Made by a program: the position numbers and the translations under genes
Shown: positions 13,201 to 24,559 of the stretch, piece after piece
Layout: the number at the start of each line of letters is the position of its first letter
How positions within the stretch are numbered: the stretch's first letter is position 1
Source of the DNA: Lama guanicoe
Lineage: Eukaryota
Assembly (NCBI GenBank): GCA_013239625.1
Contig: MU055785.1
Span: forward strand, 930,001-994,000
DNA length: 64,000 nucleotides
Direction: 5' to 3'
Notes under the pieces: model-generated
Told to the model about the DNA's origin: nothing
The model's input: the letters and a program-made list of their open reading frames with translations, nothing else
Databases searched by the model: none

Positions 13201-16200
13201 GTTTTCGCTGGCTCAGCTGACAAGAGTGGGTCCTGGGTGGTCGCATGTCTGTCTTTCCAACTCAGAGACCCAGAGGGGTCCTTGGCCCCTGGGGGCCTGT
13301 GCCTGTCTGCAGAATGCATGATGTTCTGCATTGTCCTCCTCGTTCCTCAGGGGACGACAGGTCCCTAGAAATCTCTCCTGCCCCCATCGCTGTTGCTGTT
13401 CCTAGGGTGGGCCACGGCACATACTGGGAGGAGTGCAGATGTCAGAGGGCAGGTCCTGGGATCCCACTCACTGTGGCCTCCACCAGCTGGTCACCTGTCA
13501 ACAGGCTGCAGGAACCTCCCTTGGCTGCAGCGTGAAGGTCAAGAGGGGCCCTGACAGCCGAGCTTTAGGCCCTCCCTGTGAGCCCTGGCTCTGGCATTGG
13601 TGCCAATATGGATCAGACTGCCTGCCCTCTGCAGTGTGAGTGGCTGTCCCTTGTCACGGGGCCACTCTGTCACAGAGGAGGCTGACCCTGGCCACTCTGT
13701 GTTCCAGGTGATCCAGCAGGCAGGCCAGGTGTGGCTCCCAGACTCGGCCTACAAGACGGCCCAGGCCATCAAGGATTTCAGCCGGGAGAACTTGCCCCTG
13801 ATGATCTTTGCCAACTGGCGGGGGTTCTCGGGTGGCATGAAAGGTAAAGTGTCTTTCCTTGTGGGTGCCCTTAAGCCACGGGGTCAGCACCCAGGACAGC
13901 GCTCTCGGGGTGGCCACACCATTTTCCCTCTATGGTCCTGTCATCTTAGAAGAGCCCCCCAACCCTGAGGACAGGAGCCATTCAGGTAAGGCCACCCATT
14001 TTATAGATGAGGAGCTGAGCATTTCCAGTGTGACTTGCCGGAGGTTACACCGTGAGGAGCAGTGTAGGGAGGGACAGCCCCAGGAAGCTGCCAAGTCACC
14101 TGGGCCAGGGGAGGGTATAGCTCAATGGTAGAGCTCATGCTTAGCATGAACGAGGTCCCGGGTTCAATCCCCAGTACCTCCACTAAAAAAAAATAAGAGA
14201 AGGTGAGCCAAGTGACCTGTGCTGTCACCTTTCTGTGTGGTAAGATGAACAGAAGGCGCCTGCCCTCCTCAGGGGGCCGCTGTGAGCCTCAGTGACCTGA
14301 CAGCTGTGCAAGTGCTTTGAAGCCACTGAGTATGGCTCGGTGTTGCAGGACGAGCCAGGCTGGGAACCGGCAGATCTGGTCTGAAACCCTGCTGGGCAGG
14401 TGACCTCTCCGAGCCTCAGTTTCCCTCCTCTGTGAAACGGGTAGGGATAGGACCAAACTGAGGGCCAAGATGAAGATTTACTGAGCCCATCACTGGCACG
14501 TGGTGTTCACTGTCGGTGTGATTACAGTGGATTTCATTATTGCACTATTGTTACCACATAGGGTGCCTGGTACCTGAAGGGACATGTCTTGGTGGAAAAT
14601 GAGGGCCATGCTGCCTGTGGGCAGCAGGGATGGGACTGTGTTGTTGTTAGAAAGGTTCAGTGTGCCAGAAACAGTGGGACAGGACAGGGGCATCGCAGAA
14701 TCAGAGCTGGAAGGAATCTTAGAGATGGCCCTATGCCTCCTCTTACAGATGGGGACACCGAGGCGCAGGCAGGGAGAGGGACCTGTCCAGGGTCACATGG
14801 GCGCTTAGGGAGCGATCTATGCCTGGACCAGCTCCTGCTTCCCTGCCCGGGGAGAGTCTTTTCATAGCATTGTGTAGCCTCCCAGCTGACCAGGCTCTCC
14901 CAGGACCCCCAGGACAGCTACGGTTGCAGACTGCGTGTGGACGAGGGCTGGGGCCTGAGGTCGCCTCACCAGGCGGCTGCCTTGCTTTGCAGACATGTAC
15001 GACCAGGTGCTGAAATTTGGAGCCTACATCTTGGATGGCCTCCGGCAGTACAAACAGCCCATCCTGGTCTACATCCCGCCCTACGCGGAGCTCCGGGGAG
15101 GCTCTTGGGCAGTCATGGACACCACTATCAATCCACTGTGCATAGAAATGTACGCGGACAAAGAGAGCAGGTGGGTATGTTGCCCCCAACTCCGCTTAGC
15201 CTTTTCTTGTTTTCACTCACAATCCCGAGGCCCCATCACCTTGGAGCCACTGTCTGGGGATCGCAAGGGTGTTGTGAGTTTCTGAAGGGATGGAGAGCCT
15301 CCAGTTTTACCAATCTGAAACTAGCAGGGTGCAATTAGATTTTCTCCGTAGAATTAATGACTGGAGCCTGGAAGTGATGGAGGAATTGTTGTCTGTTCTT
15401 TTATAACTTATACTCATCTACTTCCTAGGGAGGGTTGCAGTCAAATAAGGAAAGAACAAAAGCACCTGAGCTTCCTGGCAGCCAGGATGAAAAGGGAAAT
15501 GTGACCAGTTATCTAGTTCTTCTAGACTCTGAGTCATTCCCAAAGCGATCCTATCGGGGCTGTATTTTATTCAGTTTACAATGCAAGACTTAGTACAGTG
15601 CCTGACTCCTAGTGGGGGCTAGGGAAATACTGTCCAAACAAATGACTGGATGAATACTTGCCTGATAGGATATCAGTGCTTCAGGGAAGAGAAACCTGGG
15701 CCCCCTTTTTTTTTTTAATCAGGAATTTGTCCCAGGAACTCTTACAGAAAGGATAATGACAATAATCCTTGCCATTCAGTGTTTGAGTACCTTCAAAACG
15801 AAGACTCTGCTACATGCTGTGCAGGATGTAAAGGTCTCGAGAGTAGTTCTGCTCCAAGTGCGGACAGGCATTCTCTTCCTGTGCCTGCTCCCTTATTCAT
15901 TCACTACTTCAGTGAATATTTACTGAGCACCTACTATGTCTCAGGCATTCTGTTAGGCATTGTGATACGGTGCAAATGAGCCAAAGCTCTCCTGCCTTCA
16001 GTGACCTGCTGAGGTCACCCCCAAAGGAAGACTCAGAACACAAGCAGCCTCAAATAGGGTCGTTCATTAACTTTTCACTCTGGCCACCAGGAGGCTCAGA
16101 GCTAAATCTGGGATTCCTCAGGGCTTCCAAACTATCAAAAGAAAAGGGAGCAGGGGGAGACTTTGGGGTGAGTGAGAGGGTTGGAAATGGGAGGGCCGCT

Positions 16201-19200
16201 CTTACCTTGGACTCCTAATTGTACCTTTGAGTATTTTAAGGAGATTGGAAACAGTACCCTGGCTCTAGGAGAGCAGAGAGTGGGCAAGTCAGAAAGGACT
16301 GTGGCTGAAGAGCTTGTGGGTTAGGCTGTTCTGAGAGAGTCACATGCCCTTAGAACTGAAAGGATCTTCCAGAGTTCAGAAAACTTTTTAAAAAATTGAA
16401 TTATAGCTGATTTACAATATTGTGTTAGTTTCAGATGTACAGCAAAGTGATTGGATTATATATATATAGGTTATAATATATATGTTCTTTTAAAAAATTC
16501 TTTTCCATTATAGTTTATTACAGGATACTGAATATAGCCCTGTATAGCTATACAGTAGGACCTTTTTGTTTATCTGTTTTATATATAGTAGTGTGTATAT
16601 GTTAATCCTATACTCCCAATTTATCCCTCCCCTGCTTTCCCCTTTGGTAACAGAAGTTTGTTTTCTATGTCTGTGAGTCTGTTTCTGTTTTGTAAATCAG
16701 TTCGTTTGTACTATTTTGTAGATTCCATACATAAATGGTATCATATAATGTTTTTGTCTGACTTACTTCACNNNNNNNNNNNNNNNNNNNNNNNNNNNNN
16801 NNNNNNNNNNNNNNNNNNNNNNNNNNNNNNNNNNNNNNNNNNNNNNNNNNNNNNNNNNNNNNNNNNNNNNNNNNNNNNNNNNNNNNNNNNNNNNNNNNNN
16901 NNNNNNNNNNNNNNNNNNNNNNNNNNNNNNNNNNNNNNNNNNNNNNNNNNNNNNNNNNNNNNTATCTTTTAGAATTAGAGTTTTCACCTTTTTCCAGATA
17001 GATGCCCAGGAGTGGGATTGCGGGATCATATGGTAACTCTATTTTTAGTTTTTTAAGGAGCCTCCATGCTGTAGAAAACTTTAAAAAGTTGGTTCAGTCC
17101 TTCATTTTGTGAATATAGATACAGATGACCAGAGGGGGGAAGTGACTTGCCAGAGTCACACAGTGAGTCCATGAAAGAGTTGAGAACTGACGCCATATTT
17201 CCTGACTGTCCAGCCTCCACCCCACACCCCCAGCTGTCTCTTGCTGGGGGACACCTCGTTCACCAACCCCACTACTGTTGCTCTTCTCAGGGGGAATGTT
17301 CTAGAGCCGGAGGGAATAGTGGAGATCAAGTACCGGAAGAAAGATCTGATAAAGACCATGAGAAGGATTGACCCAACTTGCAAGAAGCTCGTGGAACAGC
17401 TCGGTGAGTGGGTCTGAAATGCGTTACCTCTCAGAGGTCAAGAGAGGCCCAGCCCTCACTGTTGCTGGAGGCTTCTAGGATGTTAAAGTGAGGACATACC
17501 AAAACACAACTACAAAACTCGCAAGATATTTTAAATGTTCACATATAGCGTATCAACCCCTTTATCATTAAAAAACATACACTAGGCCTGAGTGAATGTA
17601 TTTTTCAGCACATACGAGGTATAACAATTGAAGTATTTTGGCCCAATAAGGAACATTAGAATATTGGCAGCAAAATGCCCCTGTAGAATTTTCCATCAGG
17701 CATATTTTACCAATCTTGTTCGAGTGATAGCTTTGTTTCACTTGTAACTTCAGGTATAATTCTCTTTAAAATTCCATATTAAGTGGCAGTGTCTTTATGT
17801 TATTTACAAGATTGATGATGCTGGGAAATTTCTTCGGTCTGGTATCAGGGTAACACTGCTGTCATGGAGTGCGTTGGGACATGCTCCCTCCTATTTTGTG
17901 AGTTCGAATTGGCATTATTTCTTTAAATCCTTAATAGGGGGTTTCTAACTACAGATTCAACTTCTCTATAATATATAGGACTGTTCGGTTTACCTGTTTC
18001 CTCTTGGGTGAGCTTTCATAGTTTGTATATTTTAAGGAATTTGTCTGTTTCACCCAAATAATCAAATTGGCGTAGGCTTGTTTATAATATTCCCTGATTA
18101 GATTTTACAATATACTGTAGCCCCCCCGATTGTGTGAACAAAGGAACAAGTCTTGGGCTGGAATGGTAAACAAGTTATAAAACGCTGCAGACTCAAAGGT
18201 GAGAAGGCTGGTTAGCCAATGACGGGTAAGATCCCCAGAGGGGGGCAACCTAAGACAGGCACAGCCACCTGAGTCAGAAAGAATGTCACCAAGCAGCTGT
18301 TTTCCTGTATGTTCTGCCCTGATAAGATGGAAGGCTCACTGGCTCCATGACGAGTGTAGTCTATCAAAAAATCAAAGGATCTTAAGATCCTCACCTTAAA
18401 ACAGTCCATGCGTCTAGGGAGTCATAAAAATGTCATACCATAGTTAAACATTTTCCGTATTGTTCTCTTTTGCTTTATAAGCCTGTGTAGTTTAATAAAC
18501 TTTTAGAGTAGCCATCAGCTCTCTCCGCATACAGGGGGTGTGTGTACCTTGATATTGCGATGCCAACATATGCATTAAAAATGGTAACTGAAAGGGTCCC
18601 ATAAGCACAGCGGGTCTGATGAAAGGGGATGAATTTAAAGCTGCACGTGGAATGCTGGCTTTACTTCTGGGCGCATTTCTGAGACGGCATGAGTGACTTG
18701 ATCTCGGGGCGCTATCAGAGTTAAAGCTTAGGACCGTCTTTGCAAACCCTGGTTTGCGCCCTTGTCCACAGGAACGTCTGAGCTCTCAGACGAGGACCGC
18801 AAGGAGCTGGAGGGCCAGCTGAAGGCCCGGGAGGACCTGCTGCTGCCCATCTACCACGAGGTGGCGGTGCAGTTCGCCGACCTCCACGACAGGCCGGGCA
18901 CTTTGCTGGAGAAGGGGCTCATTGCTGTAAGAGCCTGCAGCTGTGGGGTTGGTGTGGCTGGCCCATCCTAAGGTCACCTGGTTTCCAACATAGGGAGGAT
19001 ACTTGGGCTCAGGGCTTTGGGATGGGTGGAATGCTACATGTTACAGTCACCTGGGGAGCTTTAAAAGCATCCTAGTGCCCGGGTGGCTCTCCAAGCCAAT
19101 GAAATTGGAATATCTAGCGGTGGGAGCCAGGGGGTCAGTTTTTTGTTTTTGTTTTTTTTTCCAAATCCCTGAGAGATTGAAATAGGCAGTCAAGTTTGGG

Positions 19201-20891
19201 AACCACCAGTCTAACCTCTGTGTGTGTTTATAACCACTGGGCCCAATTTGGGAACCGCCGTTCCCACTCTGCATTCACCCATCACTGACATCACAACCCT
19301 GCCCTATTGCCTTGTCCCCAAGAGGACATCTCATCGGCATCTACTGCCCTGTGTCTGGGGCTCCTTCCCAGGGGGCCTGAGCCCTCCTTGCCTCTGATAA
19401 GCCTGTGTTCTGTGTCTGTGGGAGTAGAAGTGAGCGCCAGGTTTGTGCCCAGAGGAGGCAGCCTAGAGACCTGGCAGTGTCCTGGCTCTGCTGCCTCCCC
19501 AGCAGGTGTCTTCACCTCTCCGAGCCTCAGCTTCCCGGCCTGTAAAATGGGAATGATCACAGAGCCTTCACCTAGCACAGGGCCCGGCCCCGCAGCATCC
19601 CAAGTCCCCTCCACCCTTTCTCGGGGCTCAGGCCTGGGGCTCTCGTCTGCAGGACATCCTGGATTGGAAAACCACACGCACCTTCTTGTACTGGCGCCTG
19701 CGCCGGCTGCTGCTGGAGAGCCAGGTCAAGCAGGAGATCCTGCAGGCCTGCAGTGAGCTCAGCCACGTGCACGTCCAGTCCATGCTACGCCGCTGGTTCG
19801 TGGAGACGGAGGGGGCCGTCAAGGTGGGCCTGGGGCAGAGACCGTGCCGGCAGGCAGCGGGCGCCTATGGGGGCAGAAGGGAGGTCCAGCAGCAGGATGC
19901 CTCTCTGATGCAGCCTCTGCCCCTCCCCAGGCCTACCTGTGGGACAACAACCAGATGGTGGTGCAGTGGCTGGAGCAGCACTGGCAGGTGGAGGACGGGC
20001 TGCACTCCACCATCCGCGAGAACATCAAGTATTTGAAGCGGGATTCTGCCCTCAAGACCATCCGAGGGTGAGTGGCCACCCCACAGGCCTGTCCACCTCT
20101 GGGGCTTGTCAGCCAGCACCGGAACCAGGATTCACCTCCAGCTGCCTGACCCCAGAGTGGCCTCTTGGCCCCCAACTACTGGTCCACAGTCCAGCCCCCC
20201 AGCAAAGAGGCCACAGCTCCCCAATGCCCGGTCTCCTGGCACCGAGTCCTGGGGATGCTCTAAGGAGGGTCCCTGATGATTTCAGTGCACGAGCCTTGTT
20301 GGAATAAATAGGGCGACTGGTCCAAGGTCACGGTTAGAGCATGTTTGGTTAGAGAACCCACATTCCAAACTCCTCGGCCTTAGGCTGCCTTCTCCTACTT
20401 GGTATCAGCCTTCCCGGAGGGTCTGCTCCCTGTGTTCCGTGGTGTTAGGCAGTAGAGCATGTAGGACCCTATTGGGGGAGGAAGCTTAGATTCGGGGGAA
20501 GTGCTGTATCTCAGGTGACACAGCTTGTGACCCATAGGGTCACCTGTCATTCTTTGAGGTGTTCTGATCCTCAGGGCCATCTTCCCTCCTGCCCCTATGG
20601 GACCGTCACCCCCCACAGTGACCACAGCAGGGAGAAAGTTGGGAGCTCTGGGGGGTTGCCCATCCTGGAATGGGACTTGGTCCAGCATGGGGATCCAGGG
20701 CTGCCATCGAGCCTGCTGAACTCAGTGGCAGGCATGACCGCACCCTTCTCTCCCTCCCCTGCAGCCTGGTTCAAGAAAACCCCGAGGTGGCCATGGACTC
20801 CCTGATGTACATAAGCCAGCACATCAGCCCAGCCGAGCGGGCACAGGTCGTTCACCTCTTGTCCACCATGGACAGCCCGGCCACCTCCTGA
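167..20891 (+). CDS. ACACB: Acetyl-CoA carboxylase 2 (ACC-beta), 3' portion: 19 coding exons, 2715 nt = 904 aa + stop; 5' part lies upstream of the window
   Basis: Exons 167-322, 1107-1310, 2038-2193, 2391-2513, 2625-2894, 4132-4229, 5266-5386, 6933-7043, 7911-8054, 8671-8791, 10595-10691, 12226-12322, 13708-13843, 14993-15170, 17291-17403, 18772-18926, 19653-19823, 19931-20067, 20765-20891 splice in consistent phase. Motifs [17 protein letters not shown] and ELRGGSW, and the C-terminus ...[12 protein letters not shown], match ACC2; adjacency to FOXN4 matches known synteny. Confidence 0.97.
1107..1310 (+). CDS. ACACB: ACACB exon (IEEAVRSMV...PRSGN)
   Basis: cag|ATC, AAT|gtaagg, 204 nt. Confidence 0.93.
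2038..2193 (+). CDS. ACACB: ACACB exon (IMFHSFG...EMFRQ), GC donor
   Basis: cag|ATC, CAG|gcaagt, 156 nt; in frame with the next exon. Confidence 0.9.
2391..2513 (+). CDS. ACACB: ACACB exon (ALFKMWG...PGGNE)
   Basis: cag|GCT, GAG|gtgaga, 123 nt. Confidence 0.93.
2625..2894 (+). CDS. ACACB: ACACB exon (VGMVAF...ANSGARIG...DPHK)
   Basis: cag|GTG, AAG|gtacat, 270 nt. Confidence 0.94.
3774..3859 (+). mobile_element. tRNA-Ala-derived SINE (Vic-1-like), running into an N gap
   Basis: gagggtagagctcagtggtaaagtgcatgcttagcat... head with A/B-box remnants. Confidence 0.75.
4132..4229 (+). CDS. ACACB: ACACB exon ([12 protein letters not shown]...EEGES)
   Basis: aag|GGA, AG|gtaaat, 98 nt; translated by hand. 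Confidence 0.92.
5266..5386 (+). CDS. ACACB: ACACB exon (YVITDIIG...IVTISL)
   Basis: aag|GTAC, TTG|gtgagt, 121 nt. Confidence 0.92.
5699..6029 (-). mobile_element. L1 3'-end fragment
   Basis: Poly-T then gtatagttgatttacaatgtt...; TSD gggttcagtttt at 5687-5698 and 6030-6041. Confidence 0.85.
6933..7043 (+). CDS. ACACB: ACACB exon ([16 protein letters not shown]...ALNK)
   Basis: cag|GTG, AAG|gtgacc, 111 nt. Confidence 0.93.
7510..7830. mobile_element. MER5-type hAT DNA transposon relics
   Basis: gcatcacctggg...atgcaaattctcaggccccacc...agacctgctgagtcagaa. Confidence 0.65.
7911..8054 (+). CDS. ACACB: ACACB exon (VLGREVY...LSYMPK)
   Basis: aagcag|GTC, AAG|gtgcaa, 144 nt. Confidence 0.93.
8671..8791 (+). 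CDS. ACACB: ACACB exon (DNHSPVP...AGRPHP)
   Basis: tag|GAT, A|gtaagt, 121 nt. Confidence 0.93.
9864..9897 (-). pseudogene. 3'-truncated U2 snRNA retropseudogene (U2 nt 1-34)
   Basis: Reverse complement ATCGTTTCTTGGCCTTTTGGCTAAGATCTGGTGT matches the U2 5' end as I recall it at 30/34; flanked by the direct repeat gcgattgacatc/gcaattgacatc. Confidence 0.88.
10595..10691 (+). CDS. ACACB: ACACB exon ([11 protein letters not shown]...TGRA)
   Basis: cag|CT, AG|gtaacc, 97 nt. Confidence 0.92.
12226..12322 (+). CDS. ACACB: ACACB exon ([12 protein letters not shown]...DSEAK)
   Basis: cag|GCTG, AAG|gtaagg, 97 nt. Confidence 0.93.
12365..13190 (-). mobile_element. L1 3' fragment (contains two N gaps)
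   Basis: Same L1 3' end; minus-strand peptides [20 protein letters not shown] and [10 protein letters not shown] resemble the ORF2 C-terminus. Confidence 0.85.
13708..13843 (+). CDS. ACACB: ACACB exon (VIQQAGQVW...[11 protein letters not shown])
   Basis: cag|GTG, G|gtaaag, 136 nt. Confidence 0.94.
14108..14195 (+). mobile_element. tRNA-Ala-derived SINE (Vic-1-like), short form
   Basis: ggggagggtatagctcaatggtagag...ggttcaatccccagtacctcca followed by an A tail. Confidence 0.85.
14993..15170 (+). CDS. ACACB: ACACB exon (MYDQVLKFG...ELRGGSW...DKES)
   Basis: cag|AC, AG|gtgggt, 178 nt. Confidence 0.94.
15890..16010. mobile_element. L2 3' relic (others near 23725, 46000-46420, 47815)
   Basis: attcattcact...atatttactgagcacctactatgt motif. 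Confidence 0.6.
16388..17072 (-). mobile_element. L1 3' fragment (contains an N gap)
   Basis: TSD agaaaacttt at 16378-16387 and 17073-17082. Confidence 0.85.
17291..17403 (+). CDS. ACACB: ACACB exon (GNVLEPEG...LVEQL)
   Basis: cag|GGGG, G|gtgagt, 113 nt. Confidence 0.92.
18116..18568 (+). mobile_element. Solo ERV LTR (453 bp) in an ACACB intron, sense orientation
   Basis: TGT...ACA ends; flanks tatac/tatgc; CCAAT near 18216, TATAA near 18476, AATAAA at 18494-18499. Confidence 0.65.
18772..18926 (+). CDS. ACACB: ACACB exon (TSELSDEDR...KGLIA)
   Basis: cag|GA, GCT|gtaaga, 155 nt. Confidence 0.92.
19653..19823 (+). CDS. ACACB: ACACB exon (DILDWK...EGAVK)
   Basis: cag|GAC, AAG|gtgggc, 171 nt. 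Confidence 0.93.
19931..20067 (+). CDS. ACACB: ACACB exon (AYLWDNNQ...KTIR)
   Basis: cag|GCC, GG|gtgagt, 137 nt. Confidence 0.93.
20765..20891 (+). CDS. ACACB: ACACB terminal coding exon (LVQENPE...DSPATS*)
   Basis: cag|C, TGA at 20889-20891. Confidence 0.93.
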
Positions 20892-21042
20892 CTCTGTTCC
20901 TCGCGGTCACTCGCAGGACCACAGGCAAGAGAAACCACACTGATCCATCAACCGCGGTCCTTCGCCAGGACCTTGGGGGTTTGGTTTTTAAAATTCCTGA
21001 GTGTTGCTACAAGGCTGCTGACCCCAGACTCACTCCTATTTC

Positions 21043-21048
21043 AATAAA
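21043..21048 (+). terminator. Candidate proximal polyadenylation signal of ACACB (AATAAA)
   Basis: First AATAAA after the stop codon, about 150 nt downstream; usage not shown. Confidence 0.45.
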
Positions 21049-24000
21049 AGGCTCAGGAGTGCCCCTCTTCCAAGCAGAAATCGCCTTCTCTTCATTGCCA
21101 GGAAGTCCGTTTGGTTTTGTCTCTTAAGGCATTTTGCTGCATCACTGAATCGAATTGAGCCCAAACACCCCAGTTTCCTTCTGCTGCTTCGTGCCTGCAG
21201 TGCAGGACCCAGATGTTCTTTCAGGCTCATTTTGTATCAAATCATGGAATCTTGGGGAGTTTTTTGTTTGCTTTTGTTTTTTAACTCCAAGATCAGCTCT
21301 TTATGTAAGCATCTTGTAGATTTCAGCAGCACAACACAGGAAGAGAAATAGAGGCGAGGCCAGAGAAAGCGTATTTTTGTAACAATGCTTATTTGAATTC
21401 TATTGAGTCACTTGGAAAAGGGTATAAATGATTTTTTTTTATTAAGAGCATAAAATGGTATTTTCTTCCCCAAATGGGTCCTAGTGAATCATTAGGAGTG
21501 TCCCATTAACAGGCCTGGCTTGGTTCTCTCTTTAGCAGAGAATTGTGTGGCCTTGGGCTCAGGGGCACTGGGAGACTTCTTTTACGTGGTGCAGAGCTCT
21601 CTGCCTGCCCCTTCCCTCCGAGGAGACAGGGATGAGCCCCCAACCCCGGTGTGCACCCTCCTGCCCGGGTTGGGAGGACAGAGAACAGAGGGAGAGCCTT
21701 CACCAGACTCAGCCCAGCTTGCTCACGAACGTCACCACTGTGATTGCCATCCCTCCCCTCGGAGGGTCCCTGCGAATCGCCTTCACTCCCTTACCTCTTG
21801 AGTCGATGTCCATGGCGGGTTCCAGCCCCAAAGGACAGAGCTGTTGGTTCCCGAGGACTGGACCACGAGGACCAGTCTGATTCACTCAGGGAGTTCTTTG
21901 CAGTGCATCTGCCAGCACCTGACTCTGAAGTCCGCACAGCATCAGGGCCTGTGATCCTCCTGGCCCCGTCCACCTGTCCCTGGGTGCCAGTGATGGGGGA
22001 GTTGGCCACCCCTCCACTGCTGTGATGGGCAGTTTGTCTGAGGACACCAAATTTTATACCTAGCCAACTTGGAGGCCAGTGAGGTTGTCTGGGGAAGCCC
22101 CTTCAAGCTGGGATGCTGGAGGGTGCTTGAAGCCATCAGCCAGTGACAACCCTGGCCTGAAGGTGGTGTAGGGCAGCGAAGTGGGGGAGAAAGACACATT
22201 AGCTGTTGTCCTGTCCCGAGGCAGATAGGGGCAGGGAAGAATCCACGTTGCTTTGGGAAGCAAATGCTTGCCGTGTGGGGGAGGCCCCGTTGGTTTGGCA
22301 GGGACGATAAGGCAATGGCTAGCTGCCACCCAGGAACAGTGGGCGGAGAACCTACCAGGAAGTGTGTGGAATAGATTATTTTTTGAAGGAAGCACTTTGG
22401 CCTTGACTTACTATCTGGACCAGAAGAGGCAGGCCGCATCCCCGGGTTGATTCTCCAGCACTCACCATCCTACTACAACTGCTGAGATCTTGCGCAAGCC
22501 CGCATCTTGGGAGGACGAAGCTCTGATGTGAGTTTCTATCCCGAAGGCCACTGGTGGACCACTTCATCCTTGCAGCTTGGTTTCCATCATGGACACACGC
22601 TGCTGTCTGCCGGCTGGTGATGCTGAGTTCAACTGAATGAACCTTCCCTGTCAAGGCCAACTTCCCTCCCTTAGGAGACTGAGCACAGCCTCCAGGGAGG
22701 CAAGAAAGGCTCAGATCACTGTGTATAGATGGAGGCCTGGGCTGGCAGCTGGGTCTGAGCTGAATGCTCAGAGTGGTGGCCACTGGCTACCTGCAGTGCC
22801 CTGGCCTCATGCCACAGCATCCTCTGGGCCTTTGTGATGGATGCAACAAGTCTGTCCTCATTTTTATAAACCCCGGCTCAGAGATGAGCAGACTTGTCCA
22901 AGGTCACACAGCTGGCAAGAGGTGGGGCCCGGCTGACCCAGACCCAGTCTTACTGCATTTTATGCGGTCCCAGAAATCCTTTTTGAGGGTTTTATTGTGA
23001 CCCATGAGAACACCACCTGGACCAGGTTCTTACTCAGATCCTCATTGAGAACCTTGAGTATCGTGTGCCCGCCCTCACACCGGTAAGCAAGCTGCCCTCT
23101 CTAGTTCCACTCAAGCCTCTCCCTCCCTGGATTGGCAGATTCTGGAGCCCCTAAACCACTCGGATGAACCCTGTGTCCTTGCATGAACAGCAGGCCCGTC
23201 CACGTCACAGAAGTGGGGTGCTCCCACACTTGCCTCCTGACCCCCGCTGGCATCATCCCAACTTCTGCCCCTTTCTTTAGCCGCCCCACTGAATTCTCTT
23301 CCTCAGCTCCAAAACTTAGTTGGCCCTTTACTCCAAGGTGATTTTTTTCCCTGACGCTGTATCATGAAAATCTTCCACACTCCAAGAAGTTGAGTTATTT
23401 ACCAGTGACCCACCACCGGATGCATTCTTTTCCTGGGCTGGTCCTCACTTTACCACCCATCTGTCCATCTAGCCACCCCTCTCTCAATCTGTCAAGCCGT
23501 CTTGTTTCAACACATTTCAGAGTAAATTGCCAACATTTGTGCACTGCTCTGGGGTTATTTTTGCATTTCAAAATCAGCTTTTTCCTCTAAATCACTGAAT
23601 TTTCCTACAGCCCCGGGTACGTGGAGAACAGCAAAGCTGTACTTTGATGCAGCGGCTGGATGTGTGGCTAGCAAGGGCATCTCTGGCCTCGCCGTGCACG
23701 TGACCCCAGCCTGGAATTTACATCAGCTATTTACTGAGCGTGTGCTACGTGCCAAGCACTGGATCGAGGGTCCAGCTGTGAGCCAGGCAGCCCACTCCTG
23801 CCCTTGGGGAGCTCACATCTGAGGTCCCCAACAGGTAGAAATTGCAAGAGGTTAATCACAAGGGGACCGTCAGGGTCATGACGAGTTAGAAGAGTGTTAA
23901 GTCCACAAATGCCCAGGGGCCTTTGTATTTTAAGGTCTTCTTTCTTTCAGAGACAGGTCCCCATTTCAGGGTCACTGTGATAGGAAAGCAAGAGAGAGGA

Positions 24001-24559
24001 AGACTTGAACCAGCCATACAGACCACAGAAAGGCTCCCCGAATGATGACCGTGCTCAGGAAAGTCTGCCTCTCTATGGCTTCCGCTGGCTCAGCCAGTGT
24101 GGGCAAACCCAGCCTCTCATTGCCATTGGCCATGCAGCTGACACCCCATACCCAGGCTCTCTGCCAATAGTCTGCCCTCCATAATGCTCCCTCTGCTGAG
24201 CAGCCACGGGGTCTTTCCAAGATGCCCCTTTCCTGCTCCAAGTGCCCATGGGACAAAGTTCTCAATGATCTCAAAAGGCCTGGTGTGAGCCAGTCCCGGC
24301 CCCTCCCTCCCTCCCTCCGTCCGTCCGTCCCACCCACTGTGTCATCATCACTCACCAACCGGACCCGGCTGTCAATTCCCCTCTTCACCTCCAGGTGAGC
24401 ACAGGCTGTTTCTCCTGCCAGAAACACTCTTCCCCCATGGCTGTGGCCTGGCTGACTCCTATTCATCCCTCAAAACCCAACTCATATGGTGCCGCCTCTG
24501 GGCAGCCTGCCCCGGCTGCCTCTTCAGTGAGTAGGGAATTCCTTCTCTGTGGTCCCACT

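Noticed and set aside
14108-14183. Possible tRNA-Ala(AGC) gene (also at 41150 and 45533)
   Set aside because: Stem mismatches, 5' extension, A-rich tails, TSDs on most copies and dispersed copies indicate SINEs; no oligo-T terminator
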